Source: Pseudobacteriovorax sp.
Lineage (GTDB): Bacteria; Bdellovibrionota_B; Oligoflexia; Oligoflexales; Oligoflexaceae
DNA length: 44,081 nucleotides
Assembly: GCA_013215145.1 (NCBI GenBank)
Contig: JABSRP010000053.1
Span: 1-44,081 of the forward strand
Reading direction: 5' to 3'
The notes below the pieces were generated by a model that saw nothing but the letters and a program-made list of their open reading frames with translations, made no database searches and was not told the DNA's origin. Of the stretch, positions 1-9,899 are shown in pieces. Position 1 is the first letter of the stretch. Every line of letters begins with the position of its first letter. The translations under genes were made by a program, and so were the position numbers.

Positions 1-284
1 CTTGCAAGGATTCCACTTCCTAGGCAATATTGTCACTTCCACTCGGAGATTGTTAGGTTTCCGTCCGACCATTACAATTGATTGGGCCTCCTATGAGTAC
101 AAGACGATTTGAGAAACTCGATTTGATGGCCTCCCCTATGAAAGACATATTAAACCGCAAACTATTGCAATTTGGAGGGTATGTTTTTAGAAAATTTTAT
201 AAGTATTTAATCTAAAATTTATTATTGAGCGAGTGATTCAATCAGATTATTTCAACTGGGTATAGTTTAACGCACCTGAGGAAT

Positions 285-328
285 ATAGTGTGCCCGATTT
301 GAAGCTATAGTGTCCCCAAATTGAAGCA
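285..328. repeat. Two tandem imperfect 22-bp direct repeats (tatagtgtgcccgatttgaagc / tatagtgtccccaaattgaagc) inside a ~930-bp non-coding stretch
   Basis: Read directly from the sequence; 18 of 22 positions are identical and the copies are head-to-tail with no gap. Confidence 0.6.
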
Positions 329-928
329 AATCAAATTTTTCTTGTAAATGACGGAGGAAACCATGTCTGAGAGCGAGGGTTTGAATAAGTCAGATTTAAA
401 AAGATAGCTATTTCATAAACTTGGCTGTTGTCGTTAAAAAATTCGCAGGGTTCATTAATGTAAACTTTGCCCCTAAGATCAAGCTTTTTGCCGAAAGCTC
501 TCTGGGATAATCTTGCTCGTCGTAATCGTCGGTACTTTAGGGACGAAAGGCCAGGTTTCCAGGTACAGGGTAGTAGTGAGTCAATGTCGACTACTGGTTA
601 TCCGCTTGCATACCGGACCAGAATATCATCAAGATATGTTCAACGATTAATACCGTATAGCGCGCAAGTCATTATAAAACTATAGGATCCAGATAGAACC
701 ACAAGTCAAAGGTGATGGTTTTCGTTTAAAGAGTTTTCGAAAAAACGAGGTCTATGTGCGAGTTAACTCGCTAGGAAGACTGAACATCCAACTTGTATTA
801 TGGTCCTCTCAATACACTAAAATAGAAGTGCCTTTGTTGTTAAAACCCATTTCCATCCAGCGATACATGAAATAGTAGCTCAAAACTAAAACAGATATAC
901 CGCTGGAGAAATAGATTGACTTCTTACG

Positions 929-1252
929 TTACAATAGTGTCACATTGTAAAACCTGCAGTAACTTCCACCAGACTCAGAGACAACGTCATAGTTTATATA
1001 GACTTTTGATCCACTCGCTTTAGCTGTCAATAGAGTTGAAAGAATGGCTTTTTTACCTTCTTCAGACGAATCTTTATAGAAGTGGAATCCGTCCCTCGAT
1101 GCAGGACACTTGCCGGAGTCTTCAGAGATAAAGTAGTTTGCGCCCCATTTAGCATGAACGGCGATTTCTTTTACTTTAACGGTAGCAGCTGCACCAAATG
1201 CACTTCCGTTAAGTATAAGAGAAAGGAGAGCAAGCCCAAGTAGTTTTTTCAT
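929..1252 (-). CDS. Small secreted protein (107 aa). It has an N-terminal signal peptide and two Cys in the mature part
   Basis: The ORF starts MKKLLGLALLSLILNGSAFGAAAT, a classic Sec signal with an AFG-A cleavage context. The reverse complement shows GGAG about 9 nt upstream of the ATG. No domain recognised. Confidence 0.6.
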   Translation of the reverse strand: MKKLLGLALLSLILNGSAFGAAATVKVKEIAVHAKWGANYFISEDSGKCPASRDGFHFYKDSSEEGKKAILSTLLTAKASGSKVYINYDVVSESGGSYCRFYNVTLL

Positions 1253-1786
1253 TTTTAGTTTCCTATTTTTAAATTCATTTTGTTAACGTAAAGAGGAGAA
1301 ATAAGTTTGAAATTTATTGCAGAATTTCTTAAGAGAAACGTAATTTCTTCATTAACATATTTGATTAACAGTAAAAAAATCTATAGACTAGGAGCTAACA
1401 CCCTGATTCACGAGGGATTTTATCTCTATCTGCGCTGAGAACTCCCCTAATAGAGACTGCTTACAATAACTAGAATAAATATGTTGCGTTGCCGTGGCTT
1501 ACGGATTTACCTCACCCTGGATAACTCTTAAAAAAATCTATTTTATATCAATGATATCATATGGTTAACGATCATAGTCGCAACGTTATTTTACCCACTA
1601 AACTTCCTCATATCCTCTAACTATCGTCCGTAACCGCCAATAAATATCCACTTAAACTCAAACACGATTGGTTTTTCCTTCCTTTAAACCCCTAGCAATC
1701 AAACCATTTCCAAGATATTCCTTACTGTGGTTCGTTAAAAAAGATGCTTGAAGCCTAAAAAAAACTAATAACTGGAGTGATCAAAC

Positions 1787-2086
1787 ATGAGTTTTGAAAT
1801 GGTAGTGGGATTGAATGTAAAAGATGATGCCTTATATGCTTCATACAGGGATGCAATGACCCCCATTTTAGTTAAGTTTGGTGGTGGATTTCGATATGAT
1901 TTTGTAGTCTCACAGGTTTTAAAAAATGATGAAAGAAGACCTATCAATCGAGTTTTTACAATTCACTTCGAAAACAAGGACAGCATGGAAAAATTTTTCT
2001 CAGATCCAGAATACGTTAGTGCAAAAGAAATGTTCTTCGAGAAGTCAGTCGGAGATACCACCATCATTTCGCAGTACGAAAGATAG
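1787..2086 (+). CDS. DUF1330 family protein (Dabb-like, ~99 aa)
   Basis: The length and pattern (KFGGGF ... RVFTIHFENKDSMEKFFSDPEY) match the DUF1330 family. A GGAG sits 8 nt upstream of the ATG. Confidence 0.55.
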   Translation: MSFEMVVGLNVKDDALYASYRDAMTPILVKFGGGFRYDFVVSQVLKNDERRPINRVFTIHFENKDSMEKFFSDPEYVSAKEMFFEKSVGDTTIISQYER

Positions 2087-2198
2087 TAGTCAAATGCCAT
2101 GTTCACAGTTCAAGGAGAATCCTTGGGCTCCACTGCCCTACCATCAGACAAATTTCTGCAGAAAAAAATATGAAAATTACAATTGCTATATCGAAAGG

Positions 2199-5100
2199 CT
2201 AACCTGCTTCGTCGAATTGATGTAAGTCAGATTTTGTCTTGGAAACCAAATCGCTGATCTCACCCGATAGTTTTGTAGACCGACCTGCTAGCTGCTTAAC
2301 TTCAGAAGCTACTACAGCAAACCCTTTACCAGCTTCCCCGGCTCGTGCAGCTTCAATGGTTGCATTTAAAGCCAATAGGTTCGTTTGACCTGCTACCTTG
2401 ACAATTGATTTCGAGGATTTTTCGACGTTTTCTAACACGTCGCTGACTATTCTTCGCGACTCGATGATGGCTAAATTTTTTTCCGTTTGATCATTGAAAA
2501 TCCCGATCACATAGGCTAGTTCACCATAACCATCTGGTATAGCCTGCAAGGTTCCTGTTGCATAAACTGTTTCATTATCACCACAGGAAACTTTCAAATC
2601 AATTTTCTGACTTTTGCCTTGAATGGCATGTTCCCATTGTTTCTTATCAAAGACTTGGGAAGCGTTTAAAATGGGTTCTGACATGTGATCGCTAGAGATT
2701 TTGAATGTTTCCTTGGCTAATTGGTTGCTTCTCCTCAGTTTTCCAGAAATATCCCACTCCATAACTAGGCTTGAATTTTCAATAGACTCTATTTTCTTGC
2801 TTGATTCAATCGACAAGTTTTTAGTTGATGAAATATTAGCCTGTATCGAAATAAATCTTTCAACGTCACCGTGCTGGTTTAAAATAGGATTAACAGATAA
2901 TGAAATCCAATAGGCTTCCTTACTTTTAGTGTAATTTAGAATCTCCGTATAGAAAGGTTTTTTATTTTCCAAATTCGCTCTAATATCACTAATTGTATTT
3001 TTATCTGTCAAAGGACCTTGGAGTAGAGTTCCAGGCTTATTGCCCTTAGCATCCTCGAAAGTATAACCGGTTAATTTAGTAAAACCAGGATTGACATATT
3101 CAATCTGACCTTTTGGATCTGTTATCACAACACTATTGTCCGTCTCGTTGGCTACGAGCGATAGAATTTCAATTTTCTCTCTCTCTAAAATTTGCTGTGT
3201 TATGTCAACAGCATATTTTACAACTTTGAATGGCTTGCCAGAGGCGTCGTTTATTGGATTATAGGTTGCTTGAATCCAGACCTTTTTTCCATGATTTCCA
3301 ACGCGTTCATATTCCCCCTCTTGGAAATGACCCTCCTTTAGATTATTCCAAAACTCTCTATATTCTCTTGAATTTGCATAATCAGGAGTCGCAAAGATTC
3401 TATGATGCTTGCCTTTGATTTCATCTAGTCTGTACCCCATACAAGCTAAAAAGTTTTCATTGGCATCAAGTATATTTCCCTCGAGGTCAAATTGGATCAC
3501 AGCTTGGGATTTTCCTATCGCTTCAATCTGTCCCTCATAATCAGCACTTTTTAACTTATCATTGGTAATATCTGTTGCGTATTTAACAACTTTAAAGGGT
3601 TTACCTGATGGGTCACAAATAGGATTGTATGTGGCTCGAATCCAAACGCTTTCGCCATTTTTTCTAACCCTTTCAAATTCACCTTCGTGGTAATGCCCAG
3701 TTTTCAATTTTTCCCAAAATTCTTTATATTTCGTAGAATTTGCATAATCTGCTTTAGCAAAGATTTTGTGATGACGTCCTTTAATCTCACCTAATTGGTA
3801 ACCCATGCAAGTTAGAAAATTGTCATTTGCTTCAAGTATATTTCCTTCGAGGTCAAATTGGATCACAGCTTGGGATTTTCCTATCGCTTCAATCTGTCCC
3901 TCATAATCAGCACTTTTTAACTTATCATTGGTAATATCTGTTGCGTATTTAACAACTTTAAAGGGTTTACCTGATGGGTCACAAATAGGATTGTATGTGG
4001 CTCGAATCCAAACGCTTTCGCCATTTTTTCTAACCCTTTCAAATTCACCTTCGTGGTAATGCCCAGTTTTCAATTTTTCCCAAAATTCTTTATATTTCGT
4101 AGAATTTGCATAATCTGCTTTAGCAAAGATTTTGTGATGACGTCCTTTAATCTCACCTAATTGGTAACCCATGCAAGTTAGAAAATTGTCATTTGCTTCA
4201 AGTATATTTCCTTCGAGGTCAAATTGGATCACAGCTTGGGATTTTCCTATCGCTTCAATCTGTCCCTCATAATCAGCACTTTTTAACTTATCATTGGTAA
4301 TATCTGTTGCGTATTTAACAACTTTAAAGGGTTTACCTGATGGGTCACAAATAGGATTGTATGTGGCTCGAATCCAAACGCTTTCGCCATTTTTTCTAAC
4401 CCTTTCAAATTCACCTTCGTGGTAATGCCCAGTTTTCAATTTTTCCCAAAATTCTTTATATTTCGTAGAATTTGCATAATCTGCTTTAGCAAAGATTTTG
4501 TGATGACGTCCTTTAATCTCACCTAATTGGTAACCCATGCAAGTTAGAAAATTGTCATTTGCTTCAAGTATATTTCCTTCGAGGTCAAATTGGATCACAG
4601 CTTGGGATTTTCCTATCGCTTCAATCTGTCCCTCATAATCAGCACTTTTTAACTTATCATTGGTAATATCTGTTGCGTATTTAACAACTTTAAAGGGTTT
4701 ACCTGATGGGTCACAAATAGGATTGTATGTGGCTCGAATCCAAACGCTTTCGCCATTTTTTCTAACCCTTTCAAATTCACCTTCGTGGTAATGCCCAGTT
4801 TTCAATTTTTCCCAAAATTCTTTATATTTCCTAGAGTTTGCATAATCCGCTTTAGCAAAGATTTTGTGATGACGTCCTTTAATCTCATCTAATTGGTAAC
4901 CCATGCAAGTTAAAAAATTGTCATTTGCTTCAAGTATATTGCCTTCGAGATCAAATTGAATCACAGCCTGAGATTTTCCAATGGCCTCGATTTGCCCTTC
5001 GTTGTCTGCCCGACGTTTTTTTTCCTCGGTGATATCAGTCGCATATTTTACTACCTTGTAAGGCTTTCCGGAGGCATCTTTGATGGGGTTATAGGTTGCC

Positions 5101-5756
5101 TGTATCCAAATGCTTTCGCCATTTTTACCGACTCGTTCAAATTCTCCTTCGTAATAGGTACCTGATTTGAGATTACGCCAAAAATCTTGATACTCTGGAG
5201 ATCTAGCATAGTCTGGTTTTGCAAAGATTTTATGATGCTTACCCTTTATTTCGTCAATTGTAAAACCTACGGTCTTCAAAAAATTCTCGTTTGCATCCAA
5301 GATAATTCCATCAAGATTAAATTGAATCACTGCCTGAGACTTTCCTATAGCCTGGATTTGTCCCTCGAAATCGGCATTTTGCATCTTGTTTTTTGTAATG
5401 TCAGTAGCAATTTTTACAATCTTGTAAGGCTTCCCCAAATCGTCAAAAATAGGGTTATAACTAGCTCGAATCCAAACGCTTTGACCACTTTTTGAAAAGC
5501 GCTCAAACTCTCCTTCTTGGTATTTCCCGCTTTTTAGAATTTTCCAGAAGTTTTTATATTCTTCTGAATTGCGGTATTTTTCATTAACAAACATACTATG
5601 ATGCTTCCCTTTTATCTCCTCTAAGCTGAATTCAACAGTTGTCAAAAAGTTCTCGTTCGCATCTAAAATATTCCCATCTAAATCAAACTGGATGACAGCA
5701 GACGATTTGATAACTGCTTCAAGAATTGCCTTAATATCATTTGAATTAAAATCCAT
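2199..5756 (-). CDS. Soluble chemoreceptor-like protein of 1185 aa. It has at least 9 tandem PAS domains, 7 of them a 122-aa unit, followed by a short MCP signalling-domain fragment
   Basis: A 122-aa PAS unit (…[22 protein letters not shown]…GRHHKIF…[28 protein letters not shown]) recurs 7 times and is followed by 2 further PAS-like modules. The C-terminus contains the canonical MCP hairpin-tip motif [35 protein letters not shown]. No hydrophobic TM segment is present. Confidence 0.85.
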   Translation of the reverse strand: MDFNSNDIKAILEAVIKSSAVIQFDLDGNILDANENFLTTVEFSLEEIKGKHHSMFVNEKYRNSEEYKNFWKILKSGKYQEGEFERFSKSGQSVWIRASYNPIFDDLGKPYKIVKIATDITKNKMQNADFEGQIQAIGKSQAVIQFNLDGIILDANENFLKTVGFTIDEIKGKHHKIFAKPDYARSPEYQDFWRNLKSGTYYEGEFERVGKNGESIWIQATYNPIKDASGKPYKVVKYATDITEEKKRRADNEGQIEAIGKSQAVIQFDLEGNILEANDNFLTCMGYQLDEIKGRHHKIFAKADYANSRKYKEFWEKLKTGHYHEGEFERVRKNGESVWIRATYNPICDPSGKPFKVVKYATDITNDKLKSADYEGQIEAIGKSQAVIQFDLEGNILEANDNFLTCMGYQLGEIKGRHHKIFAKADYANSTKYKEFWEKLKTGHYHEGEFERVRKNGESVWIRATYNPICDPSGKPFKVVKYATDITNDKLKSADYEGQIEAIGKSQAVIQFDLEGNILEANDNFLTCMGYQLGEIKGRHHKIFAKADYANSTKYKEFWEKLKTGHYHEGEFERVRKNGESVWIRATYNPICDPSGKPFKVVKYATDITNDKLKSADYEGQIEAIGKSQAVIQFDLEGNILEANDNFLTCMGYQLGEIKGRHHKIFAKADYANSTKYKEFWEKLKTGHYHEGEFERVRKNGESVWIRATYNPICDPSGKPFKVVKYATDITNDKLKSADYEGQIEAIGKSQAVIQFDLEGNILDANENFLACMGYRLDEIKGKHHRIFATPDYANSREYREFWNNLKEGHFQEGEYERVGNHGKKVWIQATYNPINDASGKPFKVVKYAVDITQQILEREKIEILSLVANETDNSVVITDPKGQIEYVNPGFTKLTGYTFEDAKGNKPGTLLQGPLTDKNTISDIRANLENKKPFYTEILNYTKSKEAYWISLSVNPILNQHGDVERFISIQANISSTKNLSIESSKKIESIENSSLVMEWDISGKLRRSNQLAKETFKISSDHMSEPILNASQVFDKKQWEHAIQGKSQKIDLKVSCGDNETVYATGTLQAIPDGYGELAYVIGIFNDQTEKNLAIIESRRIVSDVLENVEKSSKSIVKVAGQTNLLALNATIEAARAGEAGKGFAVVASEVKQLAGRSTKLSGEISDLVSKTKSDLHQFDEAG
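3481..4945. repeat. 366-bp tandem repeat array inside the PAS-MCP gene. Four units begin at 3481, 3847, 4213 and 4579, and 3481-~4827 is 100% identical between units
   Basis: Direct comparison of the four stretches shows identical nucleotides over about 1.35 kb. The flanking units, down to ~3230 and up to ~5700, are progressively diverged copies of the same 366-bp/122-aa PAS module. Confidence 0.9.
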
Positions 5757-5997
5757 GCGAACCTCCTAAGTTGCTAATCTAGGTTTTCGGAGAAAATAGA
5801 AAAAAATTAATATCCTGGATATTTTTTAATGCTTTTTCAGAGACATATAGAGATTTATAACTCTAACGAATAAGTCTTTTTGATGGAAGTGTCTATTTCC
5901 AAGAAGAAATTCTGAGTTTGGTACTAAGGGTGGGTTACCTTCGATTTCAACCTTTGCATAGCAAAAAGGAACTCACTCATTGCTATGCACGAAGACC

Positions 5998-6636
5998 TTA
6001 TTCTATGCTGTCGCTTTCTTCTTCCGCCTTATCATCGTCTTGGTCTTCTTCTTCATTGTCATCGTCTTCGTTTTCTTCTTCGTCTTCATTATTTACAGTA
6101 TCAAGGTCACAGTCACTCGAAGGTACTGTTTCATACTCGAATTCACCAATGGATGCGCTGTTAAGCTCAGTTTTGAGAACCTGTGCATTGCAGAAGGATT
6201 CGATTTCGACCTCTTCAACAGATGTCATGGCAACCTCAACACAATAAAGACCGTTCGGATTGCCTAAACTTACTTCGATTTCACCAGCGTTTTCTCCAGG
6301 GATTTTGATAAGTACAATTTCTGGTGTTTCGGTTGTCTGTGCATCTTCGATCTCTATTTCCTCTATGTTGTTAGGGACGATTGCCTCGATGATGCGATAG
6401 TCAAGGGCATCGCCGACCTTGAAGTCTTCTAAGTTTTCCATTGCTGAAAGGCACGAGCCGAGAGTCCCTGGAATGTCGCCTGTCTCAAGTAGGTTCTCCA
6501 CTTGGATTTCGTTTAAAGCAGCCTCGCGATTAAACTGATCTGATCCTGTGAATTTGGTATCGTTAAGATTATCAGAATTACAGTTTGCTTGGCTCAAAAG
6601 ACTAAGACTTAAAGTCAGTTTCAGTATTTGTTTCAT
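5998..6636 (-). CDS. Secreted, highly acidic protein with a poly-Asp/Glu C-terminal tail. It may be a lipoprotein
   Basis: The ATG at 6636 gives MKQILKLTLSLSLLSQANC…, a signal peptide with Cys directly after it. The ORF also extends to a TTG at 6672. The C-terminus reads NEDEEENEDDDNEEEDQDDDKAEEESDSIE. Confidence 0.6.
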   Translation of the reverse strand: MKQILKLTLSLSLLSQANCNSDNLNDTKFTGSDQFNREAALNEIQVENLLETGDIPGTLGSCLSAMENLEDFKVGDALDYRIIEAIVPNNIEEIEIEDAQTTETPEIVLIKIPGENAGEIEVSLGNPNGLYCVEVAMTSVEEVEIESFCNAQVLKTELNSASIGEFEYETVPSSDCDLDTVNNEDEEENEDDDNEEEDQDDDKAEEESDSIE

Positions 6637-6785
6637 AATGGATTCAAAGCAGGCTGCATGCTCAAATTTCAAAAAAAGAAGTAGAGCACAGCCTGAGTCT
6701 TCTTCAAGAACTCAAGCTTATTTCCTTTGACCCAGATACGAACCAATACCGCAAACTCAAAGAAGACTTTAGCTCACCGGTTGCG

Positions 6786-7055
6786 GTGCCTGGCCTTGGA
6801 GTGCGACAGTTTCATATGAAAATGATCCAACTATCGATGGAAGCGCTTCAAACTGTACCATCAGACAAACGCGATATATCAGCCGTTACGATAGCAACTT
6901 CCGCTGAGGGAAGAGAGTCGATTCGAAAAGAAATTGAGAATTTTAGGCGCTATTTGCTGTTTGTTGCTAGTCAGTACCCAGAGAAAGAGGAAGTACTTGA
7001 AATTAACTTTCAAATGTTTGACTTGACAAGAGAACCTAAAGGGAACGCTTCATGA
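6786..7055 (+). CDS. Small hypothetical protein (89 aa). Its stop overlaps the start of the next gene by 4 nt
   Basis: ATGA overlap with the downstream lipoprotein gene. No domain recognised, so coding status is uncertain. Confidence 0.3.
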   Translation: MPGLGVRQFHMKMIQLSMEALQTVPSDKRDISAVTIATSAEGRESIRKEIENFRRYLLFVASQYPEKEEVLEINFQMFDLTREPKGNAS

Positions 7056-7990
7056 AGACTTTACAGCTTATTATCGTTTTTCAGTTTTTGGTCTTGTCAT
7101 GTGGTGTCAATACCGGCAATCCCTCAAATCCAACCCTAAGCGACAGTACATTTGTTTTGGGAATCCCTGAAGATGCCGAAGGTCGGACGATTCATCTTAA
7201 TGTGCTGGGGATTTCTGTGATTGAGTCTGACGATGTCGATACCGAAGTATTTGACCAAACCAGTAGAGTCACTTCGGGGCAAACCAGTACCTTATTTTCG
7301 TCGGAGTCCATTGATTTCGACGATAGCCAGGCTATCGTAGTGATTCTAGATAAGGCGTCTCCGATTGAATTAACGGCTGCGGATGGCAGTTCCTTGGAAT
7401 TGAATATCACTCCCATCGCAGAACTGATCACATGGCAGGTAGCTTGGCTGGGAGGCCTGGATACCGAGTATGCCATATATATCGATATTGCTAGTTCAAC
7501 CCAGTCAGTACAGGAAGATGAAAAGGTCTGGAAATTTTCCTATGATTTCTTTTCGAGTATTTCCAGTCTTTCGGCTGCCCGAGATGTCGTCCAGACCTAT
7601 TGGGCCGATGCTGATCTTGACAGCAATGCTTTGGTTTTTGATCCTGTGATAGAGGATCCCAATATTACGCCAGTCGATATCGACGATAAGTGTTCTGAAT
7701 CAGCCGTTTGCGATGATTTTGACGAGGATGAAGGCGTTCTACAAGTTACCATTGGTTATGATAATGCCGATCAAATTTGTATTTACGAGAGTGATGAGGA
7801 CAATATTGAAGGCGATACCAATTGCAGTGAAGCGGAGGCTTTAAACAATATCGGAGACGATAGACGTTTGGTTTCGGCAGTCGACGTGGGAGATTATCTC
7901 GTAGTTTTAAAATCTGGTACTCAGGTTCTGACCCAAACACCCGTAACTGTCGTCCGAGGTGTCGTGACGACAGTTGATATAAGTCCCTAA
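7052..7990 (+). CDS. Acidic lipoprotein of unknown function (312 aa)
   Basis: Signal peptide followed by the lipobox FLVLSC. The mature part is Asp/Glu-rich. No known domain. Confidence 0.65.
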   Translation: MKTLQLIIVFQFLVLSCGVNTGNPSNPTLSDSTFVLGIPEDAEGRTIHLNVLGISVIESDDVDTEVFDQTSRVTSGQTSTLFSSESIDFDDSQAIVVILDKASPIELTAADGSSLELNITPIAELITWQVAWLGGLDTEYAIYIDIASSTQSVQEDEKVWKFSYDFFSSISSLSAARDVVQTYWADADLDSNALVFDPVIEDPNITPVDIDDKCSESAVCDDFDEDEGVLQVTIGYDNADQICIYESDEDNIEGDTNCSEAEALNNIGDDRRLVSAVDVGDYLVVLKSGTQVLTQTPVTVVRGVVTTVDISP

Positions 7991-8032
7991 GTCCTAATTT
8001 TGCCCGAAATCTATGAATTGATTGGAATTTTT

Positions 8033-8410
8033 ATGAAAGAAAAAATCTTTATTTTGGGATTGGCGTTGCTAGCGACTCATGAATTGGATGCTATGATCCA
8101 TAAAGAATGGGAGCTTTTGATGCCTTTCTTGGAAAGTAAAACAGGTGAAGTGGTGTTCATACTTTTACATATACTCATCTTTTTTGCTAGTCATCACTAT
8201 ATTAGCCATCCTAACGAGCCAATTAGGTACCGTTTTAAAACTCTGATGTCCTGGTTTTTACTGCTACATGGATTAGCTCATTTTGTATTTAGCCTTTTCC
8301 ATGAGGGCTACAGCTTTTCTCCCCCCATCGAGAGCATAACAGTCTATGGGGGAAGTTTATGTGGGTTGTTGTATTTGCTGCTTCCTGCGAAAACTGGACT
8401 TAAAACCTAA
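8033..8410 (+). CDS. Small integral membrane protein of unknown function. The ORF extends to 8000
   Basis: 3-4 hydrophobic helices. The ATG at 8033 gives MKEKIFILGLALLATH…. No domain recognised. Confidence 0.5.
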   Translation: MKEKIFILGLALLATHELDAMIHKEWELLMPFLESKTGEVVFILLHILIFFASHHYISHPNEPIRYRFKTLMSWFLLLHGLAHFVFSLFHEGYSFSPPIESITVYGGSLCGLLYLLLPAKTGLKT

Positions 8411-8454
8411 GTGACACGATGGATGAGGTCCAGCTGTCCGGACCAAGTAAGTCG

Positions 8455-9747
8455 CTATAGCCAGTGAGGTCTGTAGCATGTATTTTGCGGCGCTAAAATC
8501 TCATTGTCACTGTCATTTCGAATTGTCCCTGTGATACCCCAGTCGTTATTTTTGACCCTCAACTGAGTATCGTCCTTAAGGAATAATGCGATATTTGATT
8601 TCTCCACCCGATTATATAGGAGGCAGGCATTGACTCGTGCCATGAATATGGCTGCTAGATTATAGACATTAGGAGAGGTGCTCGAGATCATATTCTTCTG
8701 GACAGTGATTGCTTTAGGTGTTGACTGAGTCGTACTGTCTGCGGCTGCTGTTAGCTTAATACCAGAGACGTAGTAACGATCTCGCCATGGAAAAATTGCC
8801 TTATCAAGTACACAGTAATTATTTCTTATATATATCTCTTCACTAGTGGCGGGAAGTGTCCCTTTGATACATGTTGATGAGGTTTTGCCTGTGATCCTAT
8901 TGTTCATGATCGTAATACGCCTAAGCTTGAGACCTTCGCCATTGGCACCTCCGTCAGCACCAAAGAAGATTCGAGTGACAGTGGCGTCATTTATCACGTT
9001 CCCATCGATGATGAGATCTTCTGTGATATTGTCGCGAATATCAGAAGTCGCTCCTGAGCGGGAAACCACAGTAATGCCGTTATCGTTGACAAAATCGAGG
9101 TGGTTATTGCGGATCAAGATACGAGATCCTGGTCTACCAACTTTTATACGGCCTCCGTGTGATAGCCGATTGCCCTCTATTAGTATATCTTTTGCTCTCA
9201 AGACAACGATATATTGTCTTTGCTGGGATCTTTCATGACTTTTGCGATTGGTGCTGTCGAAGAATTGATTGTCCCGTATGGTGATATGCTCGGCATGCTT
9301 CATTCTGATGACAGAGGCAAAGTTTTTCTTATCTCCATTCATATCGAATCCACAGTTTTCTATAGTTACCTGCTCTATAGGTCCATCTAGCTGTTTAGCC
9401 TTTACGAAAACCGGGTAACTGGTTCCTTGGGACTTTCTGAAGACTGCTTGAGTGGGGCTACTACAAAATACTGACATATGGCTGTGCAGTTCCAAACTAC
9501 GAGATAAGACGTAAGTCCCGGCTGACACGTAAAGATGTTTCCCATTTTCTCTCGCTGTTTGCAGCCATTGACGGGCACAATTGGTGGCATCTTCCCTAGG
9601 TGTGCCTGAGCAAAAATCTCTAATATCCAGACGGTTAGATGGAATAAATGAGCTTTGATCTCCTACGGTATCGACCCACTGGGGTAACGCAAGCAACTGG
9701 GTCGAAGCCAAAATAAATCCAATAGTTAATAAAGCCTTGGGTTTCAT
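8455..9747 (-). CDS. Secreted right-handed parallel beta-helix repeat protein. It is pectate-lyase-like, and may be a polysaccharide lyase or glycosidase
   Basis: Signal peptide MKPKALLTIGFILASTQLLA. Repeated beta-helix rung motifs are present (IRDNQF, IEGNRL, IRNNHLDF, IIDGNVIND, IMNNRITG, IRNNYC). Confidence 0.7.
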   Translation of the reverse strand: MKPKALLTIGFILASTQLLALPQWVDTVGDQSSFIPSNRLDIRDFCSGTPREDATNCARQWLQTARENGKHLYVSAGTYVLSRSLELHSHMSVFCSSPTQAVFRKSQGTSYPVFVKAKQLDGPIEQVTIENCGFDMNGDKKNFASVIRMKHAEHITIRDNQFFDSTNRKSHERSQQRQYIVVLRAKDILIEGNRLSHGGRIKVGRPGSRILIRNNHLDFVNDNGITVVSRSGATSDIRDNITEDLIIDGNVINDATVTRIFFGADGGANGEGLKLRRITIMNNRITGKTSSTCIKGTLPATSEEIYIRNNYCVLDKAIFPWRDRYYVSGIKLTAAADSTTQSTPKAITVQKNMISSTSPNVYNLAAIFMARVNACLLYNRVEKSNIALFLKDDTQLRVKNNDWGITGTIRNDSDNEILAPQNTCYRPHWL

Positions 9748-9899
9748 ACATCCTCCTTTTGTGCCTGTAGCTTAGCACCGAGCTAGGAGATTTATGATAA
9801 ATTGTCGGCATGATGAGAACAATCTGTTCTCAAAACCTTGATTTGGAGATCACTGCGTAAAAGGTCTAGTGACGTGCCTCCGGAAGTCTCCGATTCTGA

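Noticed and set aside
467-685. 72-aa plus-strand ORF in the 5' non-coding stretch
   Set aside because: No Shine-Dalgarno sequence. The composition is Arg/Ser-rich and atypical, with no similarity to anything recognisable. It is most likely non-coding.
1926-2225. 99-aa plus-strand ORF overlapping the end of the DUF1330 gene and the MCP terminus
   Set aside because: It is out of frame with DUF1330 and antisense to the MCP 3' end. It has no RBS and is Ser/Lys-rich junk.
3481-4945. Possibility that the regular 366-bp repeat array is a CRISPR-like or satellite element
   Set aside because: The unit is far longer than a CRISPR repeat. There are no unique spacers, and every unit is in frame encoding a PAS domain. 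It is an intragenic domain duplication.
2701-5495. Several plus-strand ORFs (2701-2913, 3230-3418, 4956-5165, 5187-5495) inside the PAS-MCP gene
   Set aside because: They are antisense to a 1185-aa gene with clear PAS-domain homology. They are hydrophobic or low-complexity with no RBS.
5918-6267. Two plus-strand ORFs (109 and 95 aa), Ser-rich or Phe/Val-rich
   Set aside because: They are antisense to the acidic-protein gene. The GAA/GAT-rich poly-Glu/Asp coding on the minus strand reads as TTC/ATC/TCx on the plus strand. They have no RBS and are compositional artefacts.
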